This document shows positions 47,376-56,167 of a DNA stretch of 64,000 bases, one piece after another. A model generated the notes under the pieces. That model worked only from the letters and a program-made list of their open reading frames with translations. It ran no database searches and was not told where the DNA came from. Positions within the stretch are counted from its first letter, which is position 1. Each line of letters begins with the position of its first letter. The position numbers and the translations under genes were made by a program. The stretch spans positions 2,293,988-2,357,987 of the forward strand of contig BPGK01000001.1 of NCBI GenBank assembly GCA_026002995.1, read 5' to 3'. The stretch is from Gaiellaceae bacterium (lineage in GTDB: Bacteria; Actinomycetota; Thermoleophilia; Gaiellales; Gaiellaceae).

Positions 47376-48520
47376 CGCTCCTCCCTTCGCTTCTCGACGG
47401 CGCGGTAGGCGCCGTGCGACTCGTACCGCTCCCGTGCTCTCGCGACCGCTTCGTGGTCGAGCTCGATACCGAGTCCCGGCCCGTTCGGTAGACGCAGTGG
47501 CCCCACGGACGCAACCTCCGCGGGCGCCGCGAGGATCGACTCCGCCAGCAGCTGGTGCATCGCCTGGTTGCCGAGCGTCAGGTTCGGGATGCAGGAGACC
47601 GCCTGCGCGCCCGCGAGCGTCGAGAGCGCCGTCTCCATACAGGCGTGCCTGTTCACGAGCACGCCGTAGGTCTCTGCGAGGGCGGCGAGCTGGCGCAGCC
47701 GCCACAGGCCCCCGGTCTCGTGGTGGCCTACGACGACGACGTCGGCCGCCTCGTGCTCGAGCACGTGTCGGAGTTCGCCGGTCGTGTAGACGGCCTGATC
47801 AGCCGCGACCTTGACATCGACCTTGCGTCGGACGAAAGCGAGCCCCGCGACGTCGTCGGCACGGACCGGCTGCTCGACCCAGTCGAGGCCGTAGGGCTCG
47901 AGCGCGCGGATGCGCTCCACCGCCTCCGCAGGGCTCCACGCCTCGTTCGCGTCGACGCGCAGGAGCGGTCCCGGGCCGACCGCATCCCGCACCGCCGCGA
48001 CGATCTCCTCGTCGCCCGCGTCGGCCCTGCCGACCTTGCAGTAGACGACACGCGCGCCCTCTCCCGCGAGGCGCGCGGCGTCCGCCGCCACCTCGTCAGG
48101 GGTCTCGCCCTGTGGAAACGCCATCAGATCGACCTCGTCGCGGACACGCCCGCCCAGGAAGGCGCTCACCGGCAGGTCGTGCGCCTTGCCCCACGCATCC
48201 CAGCAGGCGACCTCGATTCCGGCGACGATCTGGTTCGTGAAGCGCGGCGTGAACCGCCAGCGTCCCTCGCGCCAGAGGGCGCCGAGGATCGCCTCGACGT
48301 CTCCCGGCGAGCGGCCGACGAAGCGCTCCGCGAGCAAGCGGCCGTAGGCCTGGACGGCTGCCGGTTCCTCGCAGATCGACTCGCCGTAGCCCTCGATGCC
48401 CTCGTCGGTCTCGACCGTCCACAGCACGAGGTTGGCGCCGAGCTGGCGGCCCGAGCTCCAGTGGAACGGCCGCGCGAGCGGGAGCGCGAGCGGCGTCGCG
48501 TGGACGGCGACGACCCTCAC
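47372..48520 (-). CDS. Enolase-superfamily enzyme (MR/MLE family; atypical active-site strand)
   Basis: A GTG start at 48520 (GTGA overlap) is preferred over 48541. VDANEAW, VEQPV, AADQAV. YCKVG sits where the KxK motif is expected, and GHHETGGL sits where the strand-6 Lys/Asp is expected. Confidence 0.85.
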   Translation of the reverse strand: MRVVAVHATPLALPLARPFHWSSGRQLGANLVLWTVETDEGIEGYGESICEEPAAVQAYGRLLAERFVGRSPGDVEAILGALWREGRWRFTPRFTNQIVAGIEVACWDAWGKAHDLPVSAFLGGRVRDEVDLMAFPQGETPDEVAADAARLAGEGARVVYCKVGRADAGDEEIVAAVRDAVGPGPLLRVDANEAWSPAEAVERIRALEPYGLDWVEQPVRADDVAGLAFVRRKVDVKVAADQAVYTTGELRHVLEHEAADVVVVGHHETGGLWRLRQLAALAETYGVLVNRHACMETALSTLAGAQAVSCIPNLTLGNQAMHQLLAESILAAPAEVASVGPLRLPNGPGLGIELDHEAVARARERYESHGAYRAVEKRREER

Positions 48521-49707
48521 GCCCGGTTCCCCGGCCCCCACACCGAGCTGAATGTCCGCCCCTCCGCGAACCTGCGGCCAGAGAGGCTCGAGATGTCGAT
48601 CGGCGGCTCCAGCCCCGCAATGACGTGCGCGAGCGACTCGCCGATGGTCGGACCGATCTTGAAGCAGTGCCCGCTGCCACCGAAGGCGGAGTAGTACCCC
48701 TCGACCTCCTCCTCGCCGACCACCGGATACCAGTCCTCGGTGATGTCGTAGATACCCGAGTAGCCGGTCACGAACGCGCCCCCGTACCCGGGCTCGCCCA
48801 GGCGCTCCGCGAGCGCGGGTAGGCGCCGCACGAGCTTCGGCACCATCCGCCCGAGGTGCTCCTCGTCGGTGCCGTCGTCGTAGCGGTCGGGATCGGCGGG
48901 CTCGGGCTCCTTCGGCCAGCCCTCGCCGACGAGGACGCGACCGGTGCCGTAGTGGCGGAAGTAGAGCCGCTGAACCGCGTCCGACATGACCGGGAAGGCA
49001 CCGAGATCCGCCGGCGCCTCGAAGATCGCCTCGTGCTCGCGGCTGAACCGGAGCGGATACTCGATCCCGACCATGCGACCGACCTCGTTCCCCCAGGGGC
49101 CGGTCGCATTCACGACGACGTCGGTGGCGATCTCGCCGTCGCCGGTCACGACCCCCGACACGCGTCCGCGCTCGACGTGTATCCCGAGGACGCGACAGCC
49201 TTCGTAGACCGTGAGGCCGCGCTGCTTGGCCGTGTCCACGAGCGTCTGGACGGTGAGGACCGGGTCGGCGTAGCCCGACGTCTCCTCGTAGCAGCCGAGC
49301 GCGACCCCGTCGAGCGCGAGAGCAGGCCAGCGGTGGGCGATCTCCTCCACCGTGAGCACCTCCGTTCGCACGCCGAGCGCCTGCTGAACGGGAACGACCT
49401 GGCGGATCGCGTCCGCCTGCTCTTCCGGGGCAATGACCATGTACCCGTGCCGCGTGAAGCCGGTCGGGCCGCCGAACGCCTCCTCGTCGTTCGCGAACAT
49501 CTCCGCCGCGCGCACCGCGAGTCGAATCGCAACCTCGTTCGTGTAGTGCTGGCGCACGTGCGCTGCGGAGTACTGGGTCGAGCCTCCGCAGATCCTCGAC
49601 TTCTCTACGAGCACGACCTCGCCGTAGCCCAGCTTCACGAGGAAGTGGGCGACGCTCGCCCCCATGATCCCGCCGCCGATGACGACGGCGTCAGCTCGTT
49701 CGCGCAT
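48517..49707 (-). CDS. FAD-dependent oxidoreductase (DAO family; sarcosine-oxidase-beta / D-amino-acid-oxidase-like)
   Basis: 396 aa. The N-terminal dinucleotide fold reads DAVVIGGGIMGASVAHFL..VVLVEK. The C-terminal motif reads GGSGHCFKIGP. Confidence 0.9.
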   Translation of the reverse strand: MRERADAVVIGGGIMGASVAHFLVKLGYGEVVLVEKSRICGGSTQYSAAHVRQHYTNEVAIRLAVRAAEMFANDEEAFGGPTGFTRHGYMVIAPEEQADAIRQVVPVQQALGVRTEVLTVEEIAHRWPALALDGVALGCYEETSGYADPVLTVQTLVDTAKQRGLTVYEGCRVLGIHVERGRVSGVVTGDGEIATDVVVNATGPWGNEVGRMVGIEYPLRFSREHEAIFEAPADLGAFPVMSDAVQRLYFRHYGTGRVLVGEGWPKEPEPADPDRYDDGTDEEHLGRMVPKLVRRLPALAERLGEPGYGGAFVTGYSGIYDITEDWYPVVGEEEVEGYYSAFGGSGHCFKIGPTIGESLAHVIAGLEPPIDISSLSGRRFAEGRTFSSVWGPGNRA

Positions 49708-51421
49708 TCCGCTCCTCTCTCGTCGCCTCCTCGTCCACCGAGCCGTCGGGTCGGAGGACCACGCCGTACTCCTCGAGCGCCGCGCGGACGCTCACCTTCT
49801 CCTGCGCGACGTCGGCCGCCACCGCCGCGGGGTCGCGCTCGAGCGGGTCGCCGTAGCCACCCCCGCCCGCGATCCGGTGGTAGAAGACCTCGCCCGCCCC
49901 GATCGTGGTGGAGAACATCGACGGCAGCTCCTCCTCGCTCCCATCGGGGCGCCTGAGGACGTTGAGCGACGGGGCGCCCGGTCGGCCGCCGTGCAGCCCG
50001 TAGGGCGGGTGCGCGCGCCGATCCGAGCGCACGATGAGCGAGGTGTCGTCCGTCAGGCAGCGCCAGGCCCGCTCGATCGCGAGGCCGCCGCGGTAGCGTC
50101 CCGCTCCGCCCGTGTCCGGGACGAGGCCGTAGCGCTCGACGAGGATCGGGTACTCGCTCTCGGCGACCTCGACGGGGATGTTCGCGGCGACGCTGCACGG
50201 GTTCGCAAGCCCATCGTTCCCGTCGCCCTCAGGTGTCGCCCCCCACGTCCCCGTGACGAGCTCGTAGTAGACGAAGCGCTCGCCGGTGGGGCGCTCCGCG
50301 CCGAAGATCGCGAGCGTATTCCCACCCTCCCCCGCTGCGGCGATCCGATCCGGGATCAGCTGCGCGAGCGCACCGTTGACGGCGTCGAAGGCGCGGAAGC
50401 CGGTGACGCCGCGCATGCTCGAGGCGCCGGGCATGACCACCTCCGCGATCGTCCCGGGCCGCGTGACGACGGTGATCGGGCGGAAGGCCCCGGAGGTGTT
50501 CGGTACCTCAACGGAGAGCGCGGCCCGAATGGCCTGGTAGACGACGGCCTGGATGAACGAACGGGTGCTGTTGAGCGCCCCCCGTACCATCGGCGACGAC
50601 TCGGAGAAGTCGGCGATCACCTCGTCCCCCGCGATCGTCACCGTCACGTGGATGGGGACGTCCACGCGCTCGATCCCGTCCGAGTCGAGGTAGTCGACGA
50701 AGCTCGCGCTGCCGTCGGGCCAGCTCGCGATCTCGCTCCGCACAAGCCGCTCCGTATGCTCGACGAGCGCGCCCATGAGCGCCTGCAGGCGCTCGACGCC
50801 ATACCGCTCGACGAGCGCAAGGAGCGAGCGCTCGGCCACCGAGCAGGCGGCGACCTGTGCACCGAGATCGCCGAGGGTCATCCGCGGGATGCGGACGTTC
50901 GCGGAGATGATCTTGAAGACGTCCTCGACCGGCTCCCCCTCCGCATACAGCCGCAGCCAGGGCAGACGGATCCCCTCCTGGAAGATCTCGGTGTTGTCGC
51001 AGGCGCTCGACCCCGGAAGGCGGCCCCCGACGTCCCCGTGGTGCGCCGTCGTGGCCGCGAACCCGACGAGCGTCTCGCCCGAGAACACCGGCTTGAAGAC
51101 GAACACGTCCTGGAGGTGGATGCCGCCGTCGAAGGGGTCGTTCATCACGTAGACGTCGCCGGGACGCAGCTCGTCCCCGTAGCGGGCGAGGAGCTTCTCC
51201 ATCGCCACAGGCAGCGACCCGAGATGGAACGGAACGCTCACCGCCTGGGCTACGGTCTCTCCGCGCGCGTCGCAGAGCGCGGCGGAGAAGTCCATGCCGT
51301 CGCGAACGACGGTCGAGTGCGCCGTGCGGAAGATCGTCGTCGCCATCTCGTCCGCGATCGACGCGAGCGCGTTGGCCACGATCTCCTGCGTGACGGGGTC
51401 GGCGTGAGCGTTCGTCGTCAC
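49691..51421 (-). CDS. hyuB: Hydantoinase B/oxoprolinase-type subunit, second copy
   Basis: 576 aa. DPVTQEIVANALASIADEM, NDPFDGGIHLQD, GGGGYGDPLERDPAAVAADV. Confidence 0.92.
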   Translation of the reverse strand: MTTNAHADPVTQEIVANALASIADEMATTIFRTAHSTVVRDGMDFSAALCDARGETVAQAVSVPFHLGSLPVAMEKLLARYGDELRPGDVYVMNDPFDGGIHLQDVFVFKPVFSGETLVGFAATTAHHGDVGGRLPGSSACDNTEIFQEGIRLPWLRLYAEGEPVEDVFKIISANVRIPRMTLGDLGAQVAACSVAERSLLALVERYGVERLQALMGALVEHTERLVRSEIASWPDGSASFVDYLDSDGIERVDVPIHVTVTIAGDEVIADFSESSPMVRGALNSTRSFIQAVVYQAIRAALSVEVPNTSGAFRPITVVTRPGTIAEVVMPGASSMRGVTGFRAFDAVNGALAQLIPDRIAAAGEGGNTLAIFGAERPTGERFVYYELVTGTWGATPEGDGNDGLANPCSVAANIPVEVAESEYPILVERYGLVPDTGGAGRYRGGLAIERAWRCLTDDTSLIVRSDRRAHPPYGLHGGRPGAPSLNVLRRPDGSEEELPSMFSTTIGAGEVFYHRIAGGGGYGDPLERDPAAVAADVAQEKVSVRAALEEYGVVLRPDGSVDEEATREERNARTS

Positions 51422-53481
51422 GAGCGTGTACCTCGCTCGAGGATCAGCGTCGAGGTGGCCTCGTGCCGGCGCACCGTCCAGCCGGGCCGGACGACGACGG
51501 TCGTGTCGTACTCGTCCACGAGGAGCGGACCCTCTTCGGGCTCGGCGTCGATCGAGCTTCGAGTGCGAACCGGGACGGCGAGAGCGTCGTGTCCGAAACG
51601 GGCGACCCGCTCGGCGTCACGCACCGGCGGGTCGGCAGGAGCAAGCACATCCGCGGGCGGCATGGGGCCGAGCGCAGCGACCCGGAGCGCGCGCAGCTGC
51701 ACCGGAGAGCCCGCCTGTCCGCGCACTCCGTACAGGCGCTCGTGCTCGTCCTCGAAGCGCGCGACGAGCGCGGCGAGCGCTTCGGGGGTGACGCGTCGCG
51801 AGGGGAGCTCTACCTCGACCTCCCAGCTCTGCCCCTCGTAGCGAAGCTCCGCCGTTCGCGACCATTCGAGCTCGGGGAGGTACGCGAGCGCGGCGCGCAG
51901 GCCAGCCTCCATCTCCGCGTAGAGCTCCTCGAGCGCCGCCGGATCGGCCGAGCGGGCGTCGAGGTGGCAGGGGCGGACGTCGTGGAACTCGGGGCGCGCG
52001 AAGAGGAGCCCGACCGCGCTGAAGAGCCCTGCGAGCGGGGGGACGAGCACGGTGGCGACGCCGAGCTCCTCGGCGAGACCCGCCGCGTGGATCGGCCCGG
52101 ACCCGCCATAGGCGAGGAGCGTGAAGTCACGTGGATCTCGACCCTTCTCGGAAGAGACGCTGCGCAGCGCTCGCGTCATGCGCGCGTTCGCGATCTCGTG
52201 GATGCCGCGCGCCGCTGCCTCGAGGGAGAGTCCGAGCGGCGCCGCCACCCGGAGCACGGCCTCGGCGGCACGCTCGACGGAGACCGAGATCTCGCCGTCC
52301 GCGAGCGTCGCGCCGGGCATGTAGCCGAGGACGACGTTCGCGTCCGTGACCGTAGGCTCGACCCCACCACGCCCGTAGCACGCCGGCCCTGGCTCGGCGC
52401 CCGCGCTCCGCGGGCCGACCATGAGACCCCCTGCGGCGTCGAGCCATGCGATCGACCCTCCGCCCGCGCCGATCTCTGCGATGTCGATGGTGGGGATCCG
52501 GAGCAGCTCCCCGGATCCGCGCAGCAGCCGACTCCCTGCCGAGAGCGATCCTCCCGCCTCGTACTCCCGGCCGCGCGTGAGAGCGCCGCGCTCGATGAGC
52601 GAGGCCTTTGCGGTCGTACCGCCCATGTCGAACGAGATGACGTTCTCGTACCCGATCCGGGTGGCGATGCCGAGCGCGGCGACAACTCCCGCAGCAGGGC
52701 CGGATTCCAGGGCGAAGACTGGACGCTCCTCGGCGTCGTGCGCAGTCATGACCCCTCCAGAGGACTGCATGATCCGAAGCGGGGCCTCGAAGCCGCGCTC
52801 GGCGAGCCCGCTGCGGATGCTCCGCAGGTACGAGCTCATCAGCGGTCGAACGTACGCGTTGACGACCGTCGTCGCCGTGCGCTCGTACTCGCGCTGCTCG
52901 CGCAGGATCCGGCTCGAGAGCGAGACGCTGACACCGGGAAGCTCGTCCTCGAGCACGGCGCCCACGCGCTCCTCGTGCTCGGGGTTCGCGTACGCGTGCA
53001 GGAGGCACACGGCGACCGACTCGACGCCGAGCTCCCGGAGCCGCGCCGCGACCTCCCGCACCTCGTCCTCGCGGAGCTGCTCGAGCACCGAGCCGTCCGC
53101 GGCCAGGCGCTCGGTCAACTCGAGCCGCAGTCGCCGCTCGACGAGAGGGGGCGGCTTTCGCCAGAAGAGGTCGTACATGTGCGGGATCCGGAGGCGCCGG
53201 AGCTCCAGGACGTCGCGAAAGCCCTTGGTCGTCACGAGGGCCGTCCGGGCACCCCGCCGCTCGAGCACCGCGTTCGTCGCGACCGTCGTCCCATGCACGA
53301 TCTCCTCGAGGTCGCAGTCCGCGGCCGCGAGCTCACTCACCGAGGCGACCACCGCCCGGTCGTAGTCGGGCGGCGTCGAGAGGACCTTCCGCACTTGCAC
53401 CGCACCGGTCGAGGAGAGATGGACGACGTCCGTGAACGTCCCACCGACGTCGACGCCGACCCGTGCCGACGCGGCCGTCAC
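51418..53481 (-). CDS. hyuA: Hydantoinase/oxoprolinase A-type subunit, second copy
   Basis: GTG at 53481 (GTGA overlap with the RraA-like stop). ARVGVDVGGTFTD, GFRDVLEL, DMGGTTAK. Confidence 0.92.
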   Translation of the reverse strand: MTAASARVGVDVGGTFTDVVHLSSTGAVQVRKVLSTPPDYDRAVVASVSELAAADCDLEEIVHGTTVATNAVLERRGARTALVTTKGFRDVLELRRLRIPHMYDLFWRKPPPLVERRLRLELTERLAADGSVLEQLREDEVREVAARLRELGVESVAVCLLHAYANPEHEERVGAVLEDELPGVSVSLSSRILREQREYERTATTVVNAYVRPLMSSYLRSIRSGLAERGFEAPLRIMQSSGGVMTAHDAEERPVFALESGPAAGVVAALGIATRIGYENVISFDMGGTTAKASLIERGALTRGREYEAGGSLSAGSRLLRGSGELLRIPTIDIAEIGAGGGSIAWLDAAGGLMVGPRSAGAEPGPACYGRGGVEPTVTDANVVLGYMPGATLADGEISVSVERAAEAVLRVAAPLGLSLEAAARGIHEIANARMTRALRSVSSEKGRDPRDFTLLAYGGSGPIHAAGLAEELGVATVLVPPLAGLFSAVGLLFARPEFHDVRPCHLDARSADPAALEELYAEMEAGLRAALAYLPELEWSRTAELRYEGQSWEVEVELPSRRVTPEALAALVARFEDEHERLYGVRGQAGSPVQLRALRVAALGPMPPADVLAPADPPVRDAERVARFGHDALAVPVRTRSSIDAEPEEGPLLVDEYDTTVVVRPGWTVRRHEATSTLILERGTRS

Positions 53482-54086
53482 CGCGAGCCCTCCACCCCAA
53501 GCCCGAGAAGGGTCGAGAGCGACTCGCCGCGCCCGAGAGCGCTGCGCAGCTCCGACTCCTCCTCGTCGAGCCGCCGCGCCCGCTTCTGCACCGACCTCCA
53601 CTCCTCCGCAGGCACGACGAGCACGCCGTCTCGATCGGCGACGACGACGTCACCGGGGACGACGGGAACGCCGCCGAGCTCGACGGGCTCCTCGAGCAGG
53701 GGGGCCTCGGCCTTGGCGGCGCGACCCGGGGCGAAGCCGCGATGGAAGACGGGGAAGCCGAGACCGCCGAGGACGGAGCCGTCGCGCACCGCGCCGTCGA
53801 TCACGAGACCGCGGAGGCCACGGCTCCGCGCCTCCAGGGCCATCAGCTCGCCGAAGTAGCCGACGTCGTCACGCCCGCCGGCGTCGCAGACGAGCACCGA
53901 GCCCGCGGGAGCCGTCGCGAGCAGGTGATGGAGGGCGAGGTTGTCACCAACCGCGCACGCGCAGGTCGCCGCCGGTCCCACGAGCCGCGAGTCGGGGGCG
54001 ATCGGCACGAGCCCGCGGACACGACGCACCGCCTCTGCGGCCACGCTCGCAACGGAAGCGGCGCTCGGGAGCGGAGATGCACTCAC
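53478..54086 (-). CDS. RraA-family protein (RNase E regulator / HMG-aldolase / oxaloacetate decarboxylase fold)
   Basis: GTG at 54086 is the tentative start. GSVLVCDAGGRDDVGYFGELMALEARSRGLRGLVIDGAVRD...GDVVVADRDGVLVVP is the RraA core. Confidence 0.8.
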   Translation of the reverse strand: MSASPLPSAASVASVAAEAVRRVRGLVPIAPDSRLVGPAATCACAVGDNLALHHLLATAPAGSVLVCDAGGRDDVGYFGELMALEARSRGLRGLVIDGAVRDGSVLGGLGFPVFHRGFAPGRAAKAEAPLLEEPVELGGVPVVPGDVVVADRDGVLVVPAEEWRSVQKRARRLDEEESELRSALGRGESLSTLLGLGVEGSR

Positions 54087-54127
54087 AGACGGACGACCGC
54101 CCGGCGTGCTATCGTCGCAGCGATATG

Positions 54128-54148
54128 CGATTTGAGATAGCAAATTGC
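54128..54148. promoter_or_regulatory. Imperfect inverted repeat GCGATTTG-agatag-CAAATTGC upstream of the second GntR gene
   Basis: It sits in the AT-rich centre of the 90-bp divergent intergenic region. 7 of 8 arm positions are complementary. The sequence differs from the ATTGTCAACAAT boxes. Confidence 0.3.
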
Positions 54149-54176
54149 GCATGAGCATACACGTTTCGGAGGCACC

Positions 54177-54878
54177 ATGCGAGCAGCTGTGAGCACCGTC
54201 GATGACGCCCTCCCAATTTCGCCGCTCGAGGAGCGGGAGTCGGTCGAGCGGCGCGTCGCGGCGGTCCTCCGCGAGCTCATCGTCAGCGGGCAGCTTCGCG
54301 AGGGGACGCCGCTCGTCCACCGCGAGCTCGCGGCGAAGCTCGGCGTCTCGCCGACGCCCGTCCGCGCGGGGCTCGGACAGCTCGAGCGCGACGGACTCGT
54401 CGTCTTCGCCCCGAACGGGCGCGCCTCGGTCTCCCGCCTGACCCGCGAGGACTTCGAGGAGATCTACGCCGCCCGGCTCGGCACCGAGGGCCTCGCCGCG
54501 CGGCTGGGCGCGCCGGCGGTCTCCGACGCCGCGCTCGCCGCGATGCGGGAGATGCTCGAGCGGCTGCGCGTCCACGCCGCGCGGCAAGAGCTCGACGAGT
54601 ACCTCGGGCTGCGCTGGGAGTTCCACGCCACGTGCTACCGGTCGAGCGGTCGCACGAGGCTCGTGGACGAGGTGGAGCGCCTGTACCGGCGCTCCGAGCG
54701 CTACAACCGACTCGTGCTCGCCTCCCCCGAGCGGTTCCGGGAGTCCGTCGCGCGATACGGCGAGTTCCTGGCGGCGTGCGAGGCGCGAGACGGCGACGCG
54801 GCGGAGCGGATCATCCACACCGCGATGCGCTGGGCGGTAGACCGCCTCGCGCCGACGCTGCCGAGCGAGCGGGACTGA
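54177..54878 (+). CDS. GntR-family transcriptional regulator (FadR subfamily, FCD domain), second copy
   Basis: 233 aa with wHTH GTPLVHRELAAKLGVSPTPVRAGLGQLERDGLV and a helical FCD-like C-terminus. Confidence 0.9.
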   Translation: MRAAVSTVDDALPISPLEERESVERRVAAVLRELIVSGQLREGTPLVHRELAAKLGVSPTPVRAGLGQLERDGLVVFAPNGRASVSRLTREDFEEIYAARLGTEGLAARLGAPAVSDAALAAMREMLERLRVHAARQELDEYLGLRWEFHATCYRSSGRTRLVDEVERLYRRSERYNRLVLASPERFRESVARYGEFLAACEARDGDAAERIIHTAMRWAVDRLAPTLPSERD

Positions 54879-54893
54879 CCCGCCGCCTGAACG

Positions 54894-56075
54894 TCAGAGA
54901 GTCTCGACGAAAGCGCGCATCCGCGCCAGTCCGAGCTCGAGCCGCTCCGGCGCGGTCGCGTAGCTGATGCGCAGGTGTCCGGCGCCGTAGCGGCCGAACG
55001 CGGTGCCGGCGAGGACGGCGACCCCTGCTTCCTCGAGCAGCCGGTGAGCGAGCTCGTGCTCGGAGAGCGGCAGGGCCGACACGTTCGGGAACGCGTAGAA
55101 GGCGCCGCGCGGCGAACGGCACGAGACGCCCGGGATCTCGTCGAGACCCGACACGACGAGCTCGCGGCGCGCCCGATACTCCTCGCGCATCGCCTCTGGC
55201 TGATCCTGGGGGCCGTCGAGCGCCGCGATCGCCGCGAGTTGCACGAACGGCGGCACGCATGAGGTCGAGTTGACGAGGAAGCGGACGAGCGGCTCGACGA
55301 GCGGCTCGGGCACGGCGGCGAATCCGCAGCGCCAGCCCGTCATCGCGTACGTCTTCGAGAGTCCGTCGAGGACGACCGTCCGCTCGAGGAGACCCTCCGT
55401 CTGCGCAACGCTCGCGGGCTCACCCTCGTAGAGGAGCCGCGCGTACACCTCGTCCGACAGAACCCACGCCCCGCTCGTCGCGAGGAGCTCGGCTGCCGCG
55501 CGCGTCTCGTCCGGGGTCAGCGCCCCACCGGTCGGGTTCTGGGGCGAGTTGAGGATGACGAGCTTCGTGTGCGGCGAGAGGAGTGAGGCGAGCTCGTCGA
55601 GCTCGAAGGCGAAGTCACGCTCCTCGCGGAGGGGGAGCGGAACGGGCGTCGCGCCAACCCAGCGGATGGCCGACTCGTAGATCGGGAACCCGGGATCGGG
55701 GTAGACGACCTCGTCGCCCGGCTCGCAGGTGGCGAGGATCGTGAAGAAGAGGAGCGGCTTCGCGCCGTTGCCCACGACGACCCGGTCGGGATCGACCTCG
55801 ATCCCGCGGGTCCGAGCGAAGTAGGCCGCCGCCGACTCGCGGAGCTCGTGGAGCCCGGCCGAGGGGCAGTACCCCGTGTGCCCGTCGCGCATCGCCCGGG
55901 CCGCCGCCTCGACGACGTGCGCCGGAGTCGGGTAGTCCGGCTCGCCGATCTCGAGGTGAACGACGTCGCGGCCCTGCCGCTCGAGCTCCCGAGCGCGGGC
56001 GAGAACGCCGAAAGCCGTCTCGGTGCCGAGTCGCTGCACGCTCGAGGCGAGCCGCATGCCGGTCGCCGGTCGCAT
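54894..56075 (-). CDS. Class I PLP aminotransferase (aspartate/aromatic aminotransferase-like)
   Basis: ATG at 56075 (alternative at 56057). EIGEPDYPTP, NSPQNPTG, SDEVYARL, SKTYAMTGWR (PLP Lys). Confidence 0.9.
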   Translation of the reverse strand: MRPATGMRLASSVQRLGTETAFGVLARARELERQGRDVVHLEIGEPDYPTPAHVVEAAARAMRDGHTGYCPSAGLHELRESAAAYFARTRGIEVDPDRVVVGNGAKPLLFFTILATCEPGDEVVYPDPGFPIYESAIRWVGATPVPLPLREERDFAFELDELASLLSPHTKLVILNSPQNPTGGALTPDETRAAAELLATSGAWVLSDEVYARLLYEGEPASVAQTEGLLERTVVLDGLSKTYAMTGWRCGFAAVPEPLVEPLVRFLVNSTSCVPPFVQLAAIAALDGPQDQPEAMREEYRARRELVVSGLDEIPGVSCRSPRGAFYAFPNVSALPLSEHELAHRLLEEAGVAVLAGTAFGRYGAGHLRISYATAPERLELGLARMRAFVETL

Positions 56076-56167
56076 GGCCCTATCCTCGCAGCGACGAGCT
56101 CGGCGCTCCACTGGAAGCGGCGCGAGCGTGGGGCTCCGCACGCGCGGACACCCCACGCTCTCGCCCC

